64,000 bases of DNA, from the IMG/VR virus record IMGVR_UViG_3300042887_003526; one strand, 5' to 3'. Source of the DNA: an uncultured virus (IMG/VR IMGVR_UViG_3300042887_003526) (Duplodnaviria > Heunggongvirae > Uroviricota > Caudoviricetes). Under the pieces are notes generated by a model. That model saw only the letters and a list, made by a program, of their open reading frames with translations. It ran no database searches and was not told the origin of the DNA. A program made the position numbers and the translations under genes. Of the stretch, positions 30,401 to 38,141 are shown piece by piece. The stretch's first letter is position 1, and each line of letters starts with the position of its first letter.

Positions 30401-30946
30401 TTTTATGTATGCAGAATCATTTAAAAAGAATTGGTTCTGGAAGTTCATATTTCCAGTACCATCCAATTTTACTCTGGTACTTGATGCCAGATTAGATCCC
30501 TTTAGATACATTAAAGTATCTGCGGATAGACCGAGGGAATAAAGATTTCCTACAGTTGTTTTGTATATCGTGTCTATTTTTAGGTTACTATCATCAACCG
30601 TTATTGCTAACGATCCAATGGCACTTATGCCTTTTATGTTCAGTTGACCTTCGGAGGAAGAACCAACTATTGATATTCCTTCTCCTACCGATTCTGGAGT
30701 TTCTGTATTACCATAACCAGTAACACCCTTTAGGTTTGCGGTTACTCCGCTTGTGGTTCCATCTGAGAAAGTTAATATTATTCCGGTAGTTGCACCTATA
30801 GCAGAAATTACATATTTGCCATATGGTCCTGTATTTCCTGTTGCTCCGGTTGTTCCCGTCGCTCCAGTTGCACCAGTTCTACCAATTGGGCCGGTGGGGC
30901 CTAGAGGGCCAAATAAAGAATTTTTAGATATTGCGCTGCTGTACAT
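27419..30946 (-). CDS. 1175-aa paralog of the 2906-aa protein with a Gly/Pro/Cys-rich central region
   Basis: First ~510 aa closely similar to 18681..27401; shared C-terminal KIYN...CVP...YELC. Confidence 0.7.
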   Translation of the reverse strand: MYSSAISKNSLFGPLGPTGPIGRTGATGATGTTGATGNTGPYGKYVISAIGATTGIILTFSDGTTSGVTANLKGVTGYGNTETPESVGEGISIVGSSSEGQLNIKGISAIGSLAITVDDSNLKIDTIYKTTVGNLYSLGLSADTLMYLKGSNLASSTRVKLDGTGNMNFQNQFFLNDSAYIKQVGPVKKNQYVGITGALENFTIGTTGGIYIDLENGGLYLVKTPIGIAGFTGSFRRNEILNATLIIESDEIWKFPENVYFSENENYFTCGKSIVNIFTFDAGNNWYATVSQRGLDVEFLNACKSSFGKGSCCYTKYPENTKNCVEYVTKDECQLLSGEFTALSSCSQTCAQGGICCSNGQCLADVDVEECTFFGGRFYSTINCSFYPNNPAGPNYGYPIEAGRLCFDACETEKLACCKDGNCIGDDLSRIQCELILGGKSFTGGDCSTINCCENNIGTGACCVCNNSAGKSVECKDDLTKSQCTKYAKSINSAYTGIFMGEGERCENLNCDCSCANIPPEDPNVPCCKTDGSCVDVPRSQCISLGGIPGQAGDVCSDTECEQRKGACCIGTTCSTKTYAECSSAGGVYKGDGVICGSTTCEGETGGTGGESGETGGTDNGDGDPSNPSGPDDGGGTDTGGEDGGTQTGGGQGTGSGGGAGPGETGPPKNICPSCNYTGWGKEIIKDEPLDGGATGPLKNPDGSPNPAGDLGNPDNYTNRCCYRHKNPYHFKDGKYVSPCKNGDDSHIPFWKKQAPPAGGPSSGTPAGEEEGAQFAIMPNCGVDAGCPDFSKVLCRMDCYEEMMKFFVCCKAKKTMTSGTNEEKDALCPGHGGCPFSGAVPGEDCSQILNNANTNLSCPFNFGSDPCKYAENLPDSFVDIFKGKNSNVKFECYCPKKVGANCTPFPCALYKDPPCKGLNDPSQKNLGPSGDKGPGGGGDGTDWEVAPNGQPRCKGGNKNGEGGGKGQGSGNGNIDYGKCCGNPDNGGVINADDKPAQENNTGYCLANGICGMFCQGDTVCMFMKDPCYNQYIKDWDKTVPGGNDDEIQTPKTFPNPGTSDSPQESPPVWHVTGCPKCAPGGWTKEATYPDWFPGTSGSGPYNPNSPGKGVPTIKMPGRMTISCNGDFGSPVPPTTSSPFTTINTPITFVKIYNIDETYDCVPIVTETDMSSYELC

Positions 30947-30953
30947 GATTAAT

Positions 30954-30961
30954 TATTTAGG
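30954..30961 (-). promoter_or_regulatory. late promoter variant CCTAAATA (1175-aa gene)
   Basis: 7 nt upstream of ATG, overlapping the upstream stop. Confidence 0.5.
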
Positions 30962-33900
30962 AAGAACAATTATCATAATCGAAGCAAGACGGACATGTTT
31001 GGAAATTATATTCACTGTATGCATCAATTATTTCTATATCGGAGCATCCGACAACTATTGGTATTCTTCGGACAGGTCTTAGTCTGCACAGAGTCTGTCT
31101 ATCGAGACTCAATACTTGACCATACGCACCATTAGCTGCTTTGCCGAAGTTTTGTGCTAACATTTTTTGACCATTGCAAATTTGATGAGAAAGGTCAAAT
31201 GCTTGGGCATCAGATAGTCCAAAATCAATAGATAAGAATCTAGATTTATTGTTTATGGTGTCACTTGTTGATTCTAAAGTATACAAATCTTTTATTGTGT
31301 GGTTTTGATTATTCCATGATTTAACTCTGCAAACACTTGTCGATGTCCAATAAATGGTATCTCGTGTGTCGTTATCATTATCATAGAAAGTACCAGAACC
31401 CTCAAAGTTCCAATTACGCATTAATTCGTGATCATCATCGCCAATTGTAAGAATAGATTGGTTTATCTCTCCAATATACTTTGCAATATAATTCATTTCT
31501 ACTATGCTTGGAATATACCAATCATCGTATCCATAGAAATTGATTTCATTTGCTTTTGATATTTGTCTTATTGCTGTATTTTCTGGATTTAATTTTTCCC
31601 ACAATTGAGAATAGTAATATGCAAATGTATCTTTATCTGTTTCGATTTCTTGTTTGACTTCGTTTTCGACCAAGTTCCATTGATTTATATTTTGCGAAAC
31701 GAATCGATTATATGCCAATTCATCTATTCCATCACCATCATAATCTCTAAACCAGAATTCTGGTTTGCTCTTAGAATATGAATCGTGTATTCTTGTATTG
31801 AGCAATCCATCCACAGGCGAAGTTGCAACGGGTTCGATGAAATAGTTTGGTAACTTTGCTTCCGAACCCGGTCCTACGCGAGACTCAAACATATTAGACC
31901 ACTTCATATAACCAAATGTAACACCGGCATAATTTGTATATAGATCTCTTGGTGCTAAGATCAATGCCCATGAAATATGAATTGCTCTTTTACCATAGAA
32001 CTGCTCTGCCATATATTTGTATAGACTAGAAGATGGTGTGCCCAATCCAACAACTTCAGTCATTATATTGCAAGTTTGATTATCGAAGGAAAGATACATT
32101 GTTGGTTGATAAGTATCTGTTCCCTCGAACATAGTTTGACTTGGCCAAGACACATCATTTCCGATATCAGTAGTACCAGATACCAATTGTGTGATATATG
32201 GTGCTCCTGCTTTCAACAAGCATTTGTTTGCATACATTTTGAGAGTCGGTACTCTTGGATGTGTTCTGTTGAAATATTCACGGTAGTATGCACTTGTTGA
32301 TGGTATTTCGCCTTGATATGTTTTGCAGTTTTTAAATTTCCAAGTTTCGGATTGGTCGCCTGCAACTTCACCTCTTGGATTGCATAGGCACTCAAGTGGT
32401 TCTCCAAGTGCAGTTTGTGGTTGTGAGAAAGTGGTGCAGGAATTTGGTGCTCCTATTATTGCAACTAGATATCCACCACCAATTCTTGTACCCGGCGCAT
32501 TACACGGATCGTTTGATGTTTGTCTGCATGTGGTGGATTCTTTGTAATATTCTGGAGAATACGAAACACCACAGCAATTAATTTCTTCACATAGTGTTCC
32601 CAGTCCCATGAATACACCACCAGCACTAGAACATTCTTCTGGTCTTTTTCCGCCTTCACAGTTACTATTACCCTGACCATCAGAGAAGCAACATGCACCA
32701 ACATAATTAGAAACGCTGCAACAATAATCAGTATCATTTATCTTCGGTAATTCGTCGCACGATTTTCCAAGAATAAATACTGTGTCTGGAATTGCATTAC
32801 ATTCTGCTTGATTTAAATTTAGACATCTTCCCTTATAGCAGCAGGAACCAAGACCAGTAGAGCAAGCATCCGGACAAGAGAACGCTGGTTCTCCTTCTAT
32901 GATTGTTGTAGAGCACAATTCATCAGGGAAGAAAACTCCACCATATTTTGTGCAAGATTCAAGATTTGTATTTACGCACTTTCCATTTACACAACATGCA
33001 CCTTCTGGAAAACAATCTGTAGTTCCTGCACGTTCGACACAAGATCTATTACTAAATTGACCACCTATATCAACGCAATAATCTCTATTGCAGTAATCTA
33101 TGCATAGTTTGTCGTTTGTGCCTTGAGGACAGAAACAGCACGAACCAAATTTATCGTCTGTTAAAAGTTGTGGAAGGAATTGAAATAAACCTTTGGTAAA
33201 TGTAATTCCCTGAGACAAGAATTGTACTTTAGTACCGCTTCCGCTTCCGGTCGTTCCAAAGAAATATTTTTGTTGAATATCAAACTGATTATTCGGAATA
33301 TCGTAAACACCATTATTTGATACAAAAGAATCCGATCCATTCCATTTTTCTATTATTTGCATTTTACCGGCAGTGAAACCACCGGAAAGAGTTTGACCAA
33401 ATTGAGAATATGTACTGAAAATTTGGGTATTTCCATAACTCCAAATGTTTCCAGTATTTCCAGAAATAGGTTGTCTGAATGTATCAAAACCAACAGTAAG
33501 TTGATTTATAATATCATTATAAAATGTCTCTCTTGCTCCAATTGCAACACCATTGCTCAAATACAAGAGTTCTCCTGTATTTCCTATTGGATATGTGTCG
33601 AATGTCTTGCCTCTTATAATTATTTGATTGGTGTTTTCAACCACACTTTCAATCTCACCATTCAATGAAGTGAATAGTAAAGATTTTACTTTTGGTGTTT
33701 CGTTGTATCCTATTTCAATTTTATTTGTGTCTTTTTCAAGATCATCCGTTGTATAGAACGGAGAGAATAAAGTTATACCACTTGCATTATTATTATCAAG
33801 AGTAGAACCAGAAAGCACGACAAAAGAATTGGTTGCATCTGTTCCAGCAGAACCAGTAATCCCGATTGTTACCGTTCCGGTTCCGCCAATGTAAAATGTA

Positions 33901-34088
33901 ATATATCCACTTGATGTGGAAGTTGCCCCGGTAATACCATAACCAGTATTTCCGGTATAACCCAATATGCCACCACCCGTCGGTCCAGTGGGTCCTGTAG
34001 GGCCGGTAGGTCCAGTTATACCAGTAAATCCGGTAACACCGGAATACTGCATTATGATATTTGAACTTCCGTATATAAAATTAGTCAT
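30957..34088 (-). CDS. 1043-aa putative adhesin: collagen-like N-terminus, GxCC repeats, C-terminal Lcl/DUF1566-like domain
   Basis: GPTGPTGPTG; GSCC/GACC; VDGLLNT, GYDDWYIPSIVEM, YWTSTS, LRPVRRI. Confidence 0.65.
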   Translation of the reverse strand: MTNFIYGSSNIIMQYSGVTGFTGITGPTGPTGPTGPTGGGILGYTGNTGYGITGATSTSSGYITFYIGGTGTVTIGITGSAGTDATNSFVVLSGSTLDNNNASGITLFSPFYTTDDLEKDTNKIEIGYNETPKVKSLLFTSLNGEIESVVENTNQIIIRGKTFDTYPIGNTGELLYLSNGVAIGARETFYNDIINQLTVGFDTFRQPISGNTGNIWSYGNTQIFSTYSQFGQTLSGGFTAGKMQIIEKWNGSDSFVSNNGVYDIPNNQFDIQQKYFFGTTGSGSGTKVQFLSQGITFTKGLFQFLPQLLTDDKFGSCCFCPQGTNDKLCIDYCNRDYCVDIGGQFSNRSCVERAGTTDCFPEGACCVNGKCVNTNLESCTKYGGVFFPDELCSTTIIEGEPAFSCPDACSTGLGSCCYKGRCLNLNQAECNAIPDTVFILGKSCDELPKINDTDYCCSVSNYVGACCFSDGQGNSNCEGGKRPEECSSAGGVFMGLGTLCEEINCCGVSYSPEYYKESTTCRQTSNDPCNAPGTRIGGGYLVAIIGAPNSCTTFSQPQTALGEPLECLCNPRGEVAGDQSETWKFKNCKTYQGEIPSTSAYYREYFNRTHPRVPTLKMYANKCLLKAGAPYITQLVSGTTDIGNDVSWPSQTMFEGTDTYQPTMYLSFDNQTCNIMTEVVGLGTPSSSLYKYMAEQFYGKRAIHISWALILAPRDLYTNYAGVTFGYMKWSNMFESRVGPGSEAKLPNYFIEPVATSPVDGLLNTRIHDSYSKSKPEFWFRDYDGDGIDELAYNRFVSQNINQWNLVENEVKQEIETDKDTFAYYYSQLWEKLNPENTAIRQISKANEINFYGYDDWYIPSIVEMNYIAKYIGEINQSILTIGDDDHELMRNWNFEGSGTFYDNDNDTRDTIYWTSTSVCRVKSWNNQNHTIKDLYTLESTSDTINNKSRFLSIDFGLSDAQAFDLSHQICNGQKMLAQNFGKAANGAYGQVLSLDRQTLCRLRPVRRIPIVVGCSDIEIIDAYSEYNFQTCPSCFDYDNCSS

Positions 34089-36972
34089 TTATCACATTCT
34101 CATCTAGTCTAGTTATTCTCCAGTATTTATTATCTGAAGACGTATTATTAAAATAACTTTTATCACATCTTATTAATTTGATTGGTCTGACTTTATATTT
34201 ATTTTCTATTCTGTGTGCCTTTTTAGTGGTAAACTGATCAGTTAATCCATCAGAATCAAATTTAATTGCCCAAGACATTGTGCCGTGGGTCAGACCAGAT
34301 GGATGATTCAGTACATATTCATTTGTGGTTCCATCAAATGTTCCGGTAGAAGACCAATACCATCCGTCCATTGGAGTTCCACCATTTTGTAATAGTTTTG
34401 CATTTACATTATCTTCTGAATCAGACAAACAGTTCTTAGCAATAAATGCCAATTCATCGTAACTTGGAATAAACCAATCTGATATGAAATTATTGGTTTC
34501 TTCGTATGCTTTATTGAATAAAGACAATGCTCTTGCACTTGTAATTTCAGTTGCGTCTTGTGTTGGTGTATATGTGGTTTGAGTAAAATTAGAACCAGTT
34601 AGACCATAGTAGTATGCATATTCAGAATTTACCATTCTTATGGTATTCATTAATCCATAATTACGGAACCATTTACCATTAAATGAACTATTTGGATTAT
34701 TTGTGAGCCAAGAACTTGGTTCATTTGTCTTTCTTACAAATCCACAATCTATAAACGAATTTATTGTTAGATTTTGTTTTGTGTTTTCGTCTGTATAATC
34801 GTAAATGTAACCTTCCTTGTAGTTTAATTTATCTGAAGTTAATTCGGAAACTAAACCAGTAAATGGATTTACTAGTGGACCCCAATAGTTTCCACCGTGA
34901 CTCCATATAAATTCTGTGGTATCAGAACTGGTTCCGGTATATTCTACAATTTCATTTGATTCATTTATTGTGATTGGATGCAAAGACATCAGAACAATGT
35001 AAGAATCCGATTCTGCATCACAAATGCTATCTCCTGTAAATCCATAACCCACAAAATCATAAATTGATTTATAATCAGAACAACTTATTTCTTCTTCTAA
35101 TTCCTCAGTTAATTCTGCATATGTTGCAGATTGATTTGATCCAAATATTGGATTACCGAAGCACTTAGTTCCCTTCGGATTAAAGATTCCACAGACCATT
35201 CCGTTTTCATAGATATCACCAAAATTTAATGTTTCATTTGGAATTATTCCATAACAAGGAATTCCCTTAATGCGACAATCGAAATCTATGCAAGAAGTTC
35301 CATCTCCAAAATATGTTTTATTATTGGAAATACAATCAGGACCATATACAGAATTTTCACAAGTTATTCCAGAATCACAGCAGGATCCTGTGCCTCCATA
35401 GCAAACGGGAACTTGTTTTGATGATATACAATTAATTCCATCTCCCTGATAATACCCACCAATTGAAATGCATTGGTCTTTAGTTAAGGATTGACAGTTT
35501 CCATTACCATCGCAGCAAGCACCAAAGGACTCTAGTGCATTTGCACAATTAAAATCCAAGCAGGATTGCTTTGAATTTTTAAACTCATACCAAGAATATT
35601 GCAATCCAGAATTATCTGCAATGCTTGCACAGTCACAAAATTTTAATTTCTGACATGGTAAAACTTTATTATTTGAATCGCGCAAACAACATGCACCCAA
35701 TTTACCACAGAATGTAGTTCCTTGTGCAGAAGTAAGACCAGCAATAAAGAATCCATCACATAGAATATTTAAAGTATCAGATATAGTACAATCTGAATTG
35801 CAACAAATTCCTGCGGTAACTCCGGCGTTTGTTCCGTATGGAAGTTGTAATGCTCTTGTGAAAACAGTACCAACTTCACTACGACAGGAATATAATGTTG
35901 TTCTATCCGTTGTACTTGAATTATTAAAAGTAGCTCCAACGCTAGACATATTGGTAATATTAAAACCAATTACATTACCATACCATATTCCACCTATTGA
36001 AACAAAATTTAAAAAGGTGTATGCATTTGCAGTACTAGAAAAACAAGGAACTTCACCTAAAGGCCATACCACAGGTGATATGTCCTTCAGTGACCAATTA
36101 CTAATATCACTAAACGAATTTACTGTCGCGTATTCCACGGGAAGGGTTGTTGTATTTCCCGGAGGAATTATTATAGTAATAGAATGTGAATTGTTTGTAT
36201 TTTGTGGTGCTTTGAGTACTATAAAATATCTACTAGTTGATACATTTCCACCAGAAATTGTAGTCGGCGATAAGTAAAAAGCATTTCCAACTGATGGATC
36301 TATTTCCCAATATTTTACTTGATTAGTTGTACCAGTTGCAACAGATGGAGTAGTTATTAAAAATCTCTGAGTTATGTTACTTGCTTGAGCATCTATTGTT
36401 TTAGATGATGTATTATAAGCAGTACCAGTTTCGCCTGTTTGGTAATTTCCTAGTGTATTTTTTAGTAACTGACCGTCGCTTCCACCGCTTATGCCCAAGA
36501 AAGAAATACCAATAAGATTATATTTAATCTCAATTGTCTTTCCATCATTCTCAACGATTGTAATATATGGATTACTATTTGTTGATATATTTCTGAAAGT
36601 GACCATATCTACCGTGTAAGTAGAACCGTCATTTCTTGTATATAATTGATCATTTAAATCAGACTTTAGTACATTGTAAATATCTAAACTGGTTCCTGCA
36701 ATTTGTAATTGAAAATTGCCAGTAATTCCTTGTATCTTACCTGTACTGTTTATAATTGTATTATCGTTAAAATAATGCTGTAAGTAGTTGTTGGAATCTT
36801 TTGAAATGAAGATCAAAGAAGGTCCAGTGTTTCCTGTACTTCCTCTTTTATCTGGTCCAGTATTTCCCGTAACACCAATAGGGCCGGTTGGACCAGTAGC
36901 ACCAGTAAGTCCCGAAATATTCGAGACTGTCTTTACTGGTATATTACTACTTCCGTATATAAAATTTGGCAT
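34081..36972 (-). CDS. 963-aa paralogous putative adhesin: collagen-like N-terminus, GxCC repeats, Lcl/DUF1566-like domain
   Basis: MPNFIYGSSNI versus MTNFIYGSSNI in the neighbour; NYGLMNT, DWFIPSYDEL, YWSSTG, VRPIKLI. Confidence 0.65.
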   Translation of the reverse strand: MPNFIYGSSNIPVKTVSNISGLTGATGPTGPIGVTGNTGPDKRGSTGNTGPSLIFISKDSNNYLQHYFNDNTIINSTGKIQGITGNFQLQIAGTSLDIYNVLKSDLNDQLYTRNDGSTYTVDMVTFRNISTNSNPYITIVENDGKTIEIKYNLIGISFLGISGGSDGQLLKNTLGNYQTGETGTAYNTSSKTIDAQASNITQRFLITTPSVATGTTNQVKYWEIDPSVGNAFYLSPTTISGGNVSTSRYFIVLKAPQNTNNSHSITIIIPPGNTTTLPVEYATVNSFSDISNWSLKDISPVVWPLGEVPCFSSTANAYTFLNFVSIGGIWYGNVIGFNITNMSSVGATFNNSSTTDRTTLYSCRSEVGTVFTRALQLPYGTNAGVTAGICCNSDCTISDTLNILCDGFFIAGLTSAQGTTFCGKLGACCLRDSNNKVLPCQKLKFCDCASIADNSGLQYSWYEFKNSKQSCLDFNCANALESFGACCDGNGNCQSLTKDQCISIGGYYQGDGINCISSKQVPVCYGGTGSCCDSGITCENSVYGPDCISNNKTYFGDGTSCIDFDCRIKGIPCYGIIPNETLNFGDIYENGMVCGIFNPKGTKCFGNPIFGSNQSATYAELTEELEEEISCSDYKSIYDFVGYGFTGDSICDAESDSYIVLMSLHPITINESNEIVEYTGTSSDTTEFIWSHGGNYWGPLVNPFTGLVSELTSDKLNYKEGYIYDYTDENTKQNLTINSFIDCGFVRKTNEPSSWLTNNPNSSFNGKWFRNYGLMNTIRMVNSEYAYYYGLTGSNFTQTTYTPTQDATEITSARALSLFNKAYEETNNFISDWFIPSYDELAFIAKNCLSDSEDNVNAKLLQNGGTPMDGWYWSSTGTFDGTTNEYVLNHPSGLTHGTMSWAIKFDSDGLTDQFTTKKAHRIENKYKVRPIKLIRCDKSYFNNTSSDNKYWRITRLDENVIND

Positions 36973-36973
36973 A

Positions 36974-38128
36974 TTATAGTAGCAATCTTGCTTCTACAGC
37001 AGATAGTCTTGTTTCCAAATCATCCAAAATGGTTCCAATATTATCATTAGATGCTTGTGTTCCTAATTTAATTGTTGATATGGTTGCTTCTGATATTACA
37101 ACATTTTGTGGAATATTGACAGACAACTCAGATGGATCTAATTTCATGATTGGTATCATGGAAACATTTACAGATTGTCCAGCAGTATCAAAGACACCAA
37201 ATGTATTATTTAAACTGACCTTTGGTGTATAAATTGAATATGTTGAAACTGATTGTACTCCCAAAAAAGTTCCAGATATTTTTAATTGCTGAGATGTAGT
37301 AGTGGATGCTGCTCCTCCTGGCCATTTGATATAATATTTGGTGTCACCACTCGTAGCAACTATTGATCCGCTTGTAGTTTCGTCGCCAGTTCTTGTGACG
37401 GTTACTCTGCCAATGTTTGAAGCATTTGCAATATATCCAGATTGTAAAGTAATTTCTTCGACAAAACCAAATTGTGTTCCATATTTAGAATAAAAGTTTG
37501 GATACAGACTTACTAGCAACTCTTGTGAGGTTCTTGCATCAATAAAGTTGTCTGGAATGTCGGGGGAATTTGTACCAATTATTGGTATGAATGAGAGTTG
37601 ACCAGTTAATGATTGTGCAGTAGAATCAAACGCTTGTATTTCTCCACCCAATCTATAACCGATGTAATTTATAATAGTTCCAGTATAAGAACCACCGTGT
37701 GGTGCTGCTTGATATATTGGTTTGATTACAGACCCAACAGTAGTTGGTGCTTGAACTTGTATCTTTCCTGAAGTTTCGCTTAGGAAATAAACATCAGCAC
37801 CTCCTGCACCACCTGTAGCACCCGAAATAGTATTAATTGCAGAACTGGGTAATACAATTGAACCATATATTACTACATTTAAATTATATGATGGGCCGCC
37901 GACATCAGTAATAGTTTCGACTAAACCAAAAACTTCAGCAGTATTAGATGCACTGGCATTTGATTTTTCGTATTGTCCACCGATTGGATTATAAAAAATT
38001 ACATCTCCGGCAGTTATACCTGCTGCATAACTTCCAGAGGGTATAGTTGCAGTTAGACGAGAACCGCCTTGTGTTACTGTTACTAGAGTTTGTGATGATC
38101 TTATGTTGCTGCTACTTGAACAAGGCAT
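36974..38128 (-). CDS. putative baseplate/tail accessory structural protein
   Basis: A.A....AE..G.V...YFLS...G...P...G.V.KP motif shared with 38142..40415; C-terminal short coiled coil LETRLSAVEARL. Confidence 0.5.
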   Translation of the reverse strand: MPCSSSSNIRSSQTLVTVTQGGSRLTATIPSGSYAAGITAGDVIFYNPIGGQYEKSNASASNTAEVFGLVETITDVGGPSYNLNVVIYGSIVLPSSAINTISGATGGAGGADVYFLSETSGKIQVQAPTTVGSVIKPIYQAAPHGGSYTGTIINYIGYRLGGEIQAFDSTAQSLTGQLSFIPIIGTNSPDIPDNFIDARTSQELLVSLYPNFYSKYGTQFGFVEEITLQSGYIANASNIGRVTVTRTGDETTSGSIVATSGDTKYYIKWPGGAASTTTSQQLKISGTFLGVQSVSTYSIYTPKVSLNNTFGVFDTAGQSVNVSMIPIMKLDPSELSVNIPQNVVISEATISTIKLGTQASNDNIGTILDDLETRLSAVEARLLL

Positions 38129-38141
38129 GTTTTACCCTCTT

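Noticed and set aside
17177..36972. Diversity-generating retroelement
   Set aside because: Lcl-like domains are present, but no reverse transcriptase or adenine-mismatched TR/VR pair is visible in the window; cannot be excluded elsewhere in the genome
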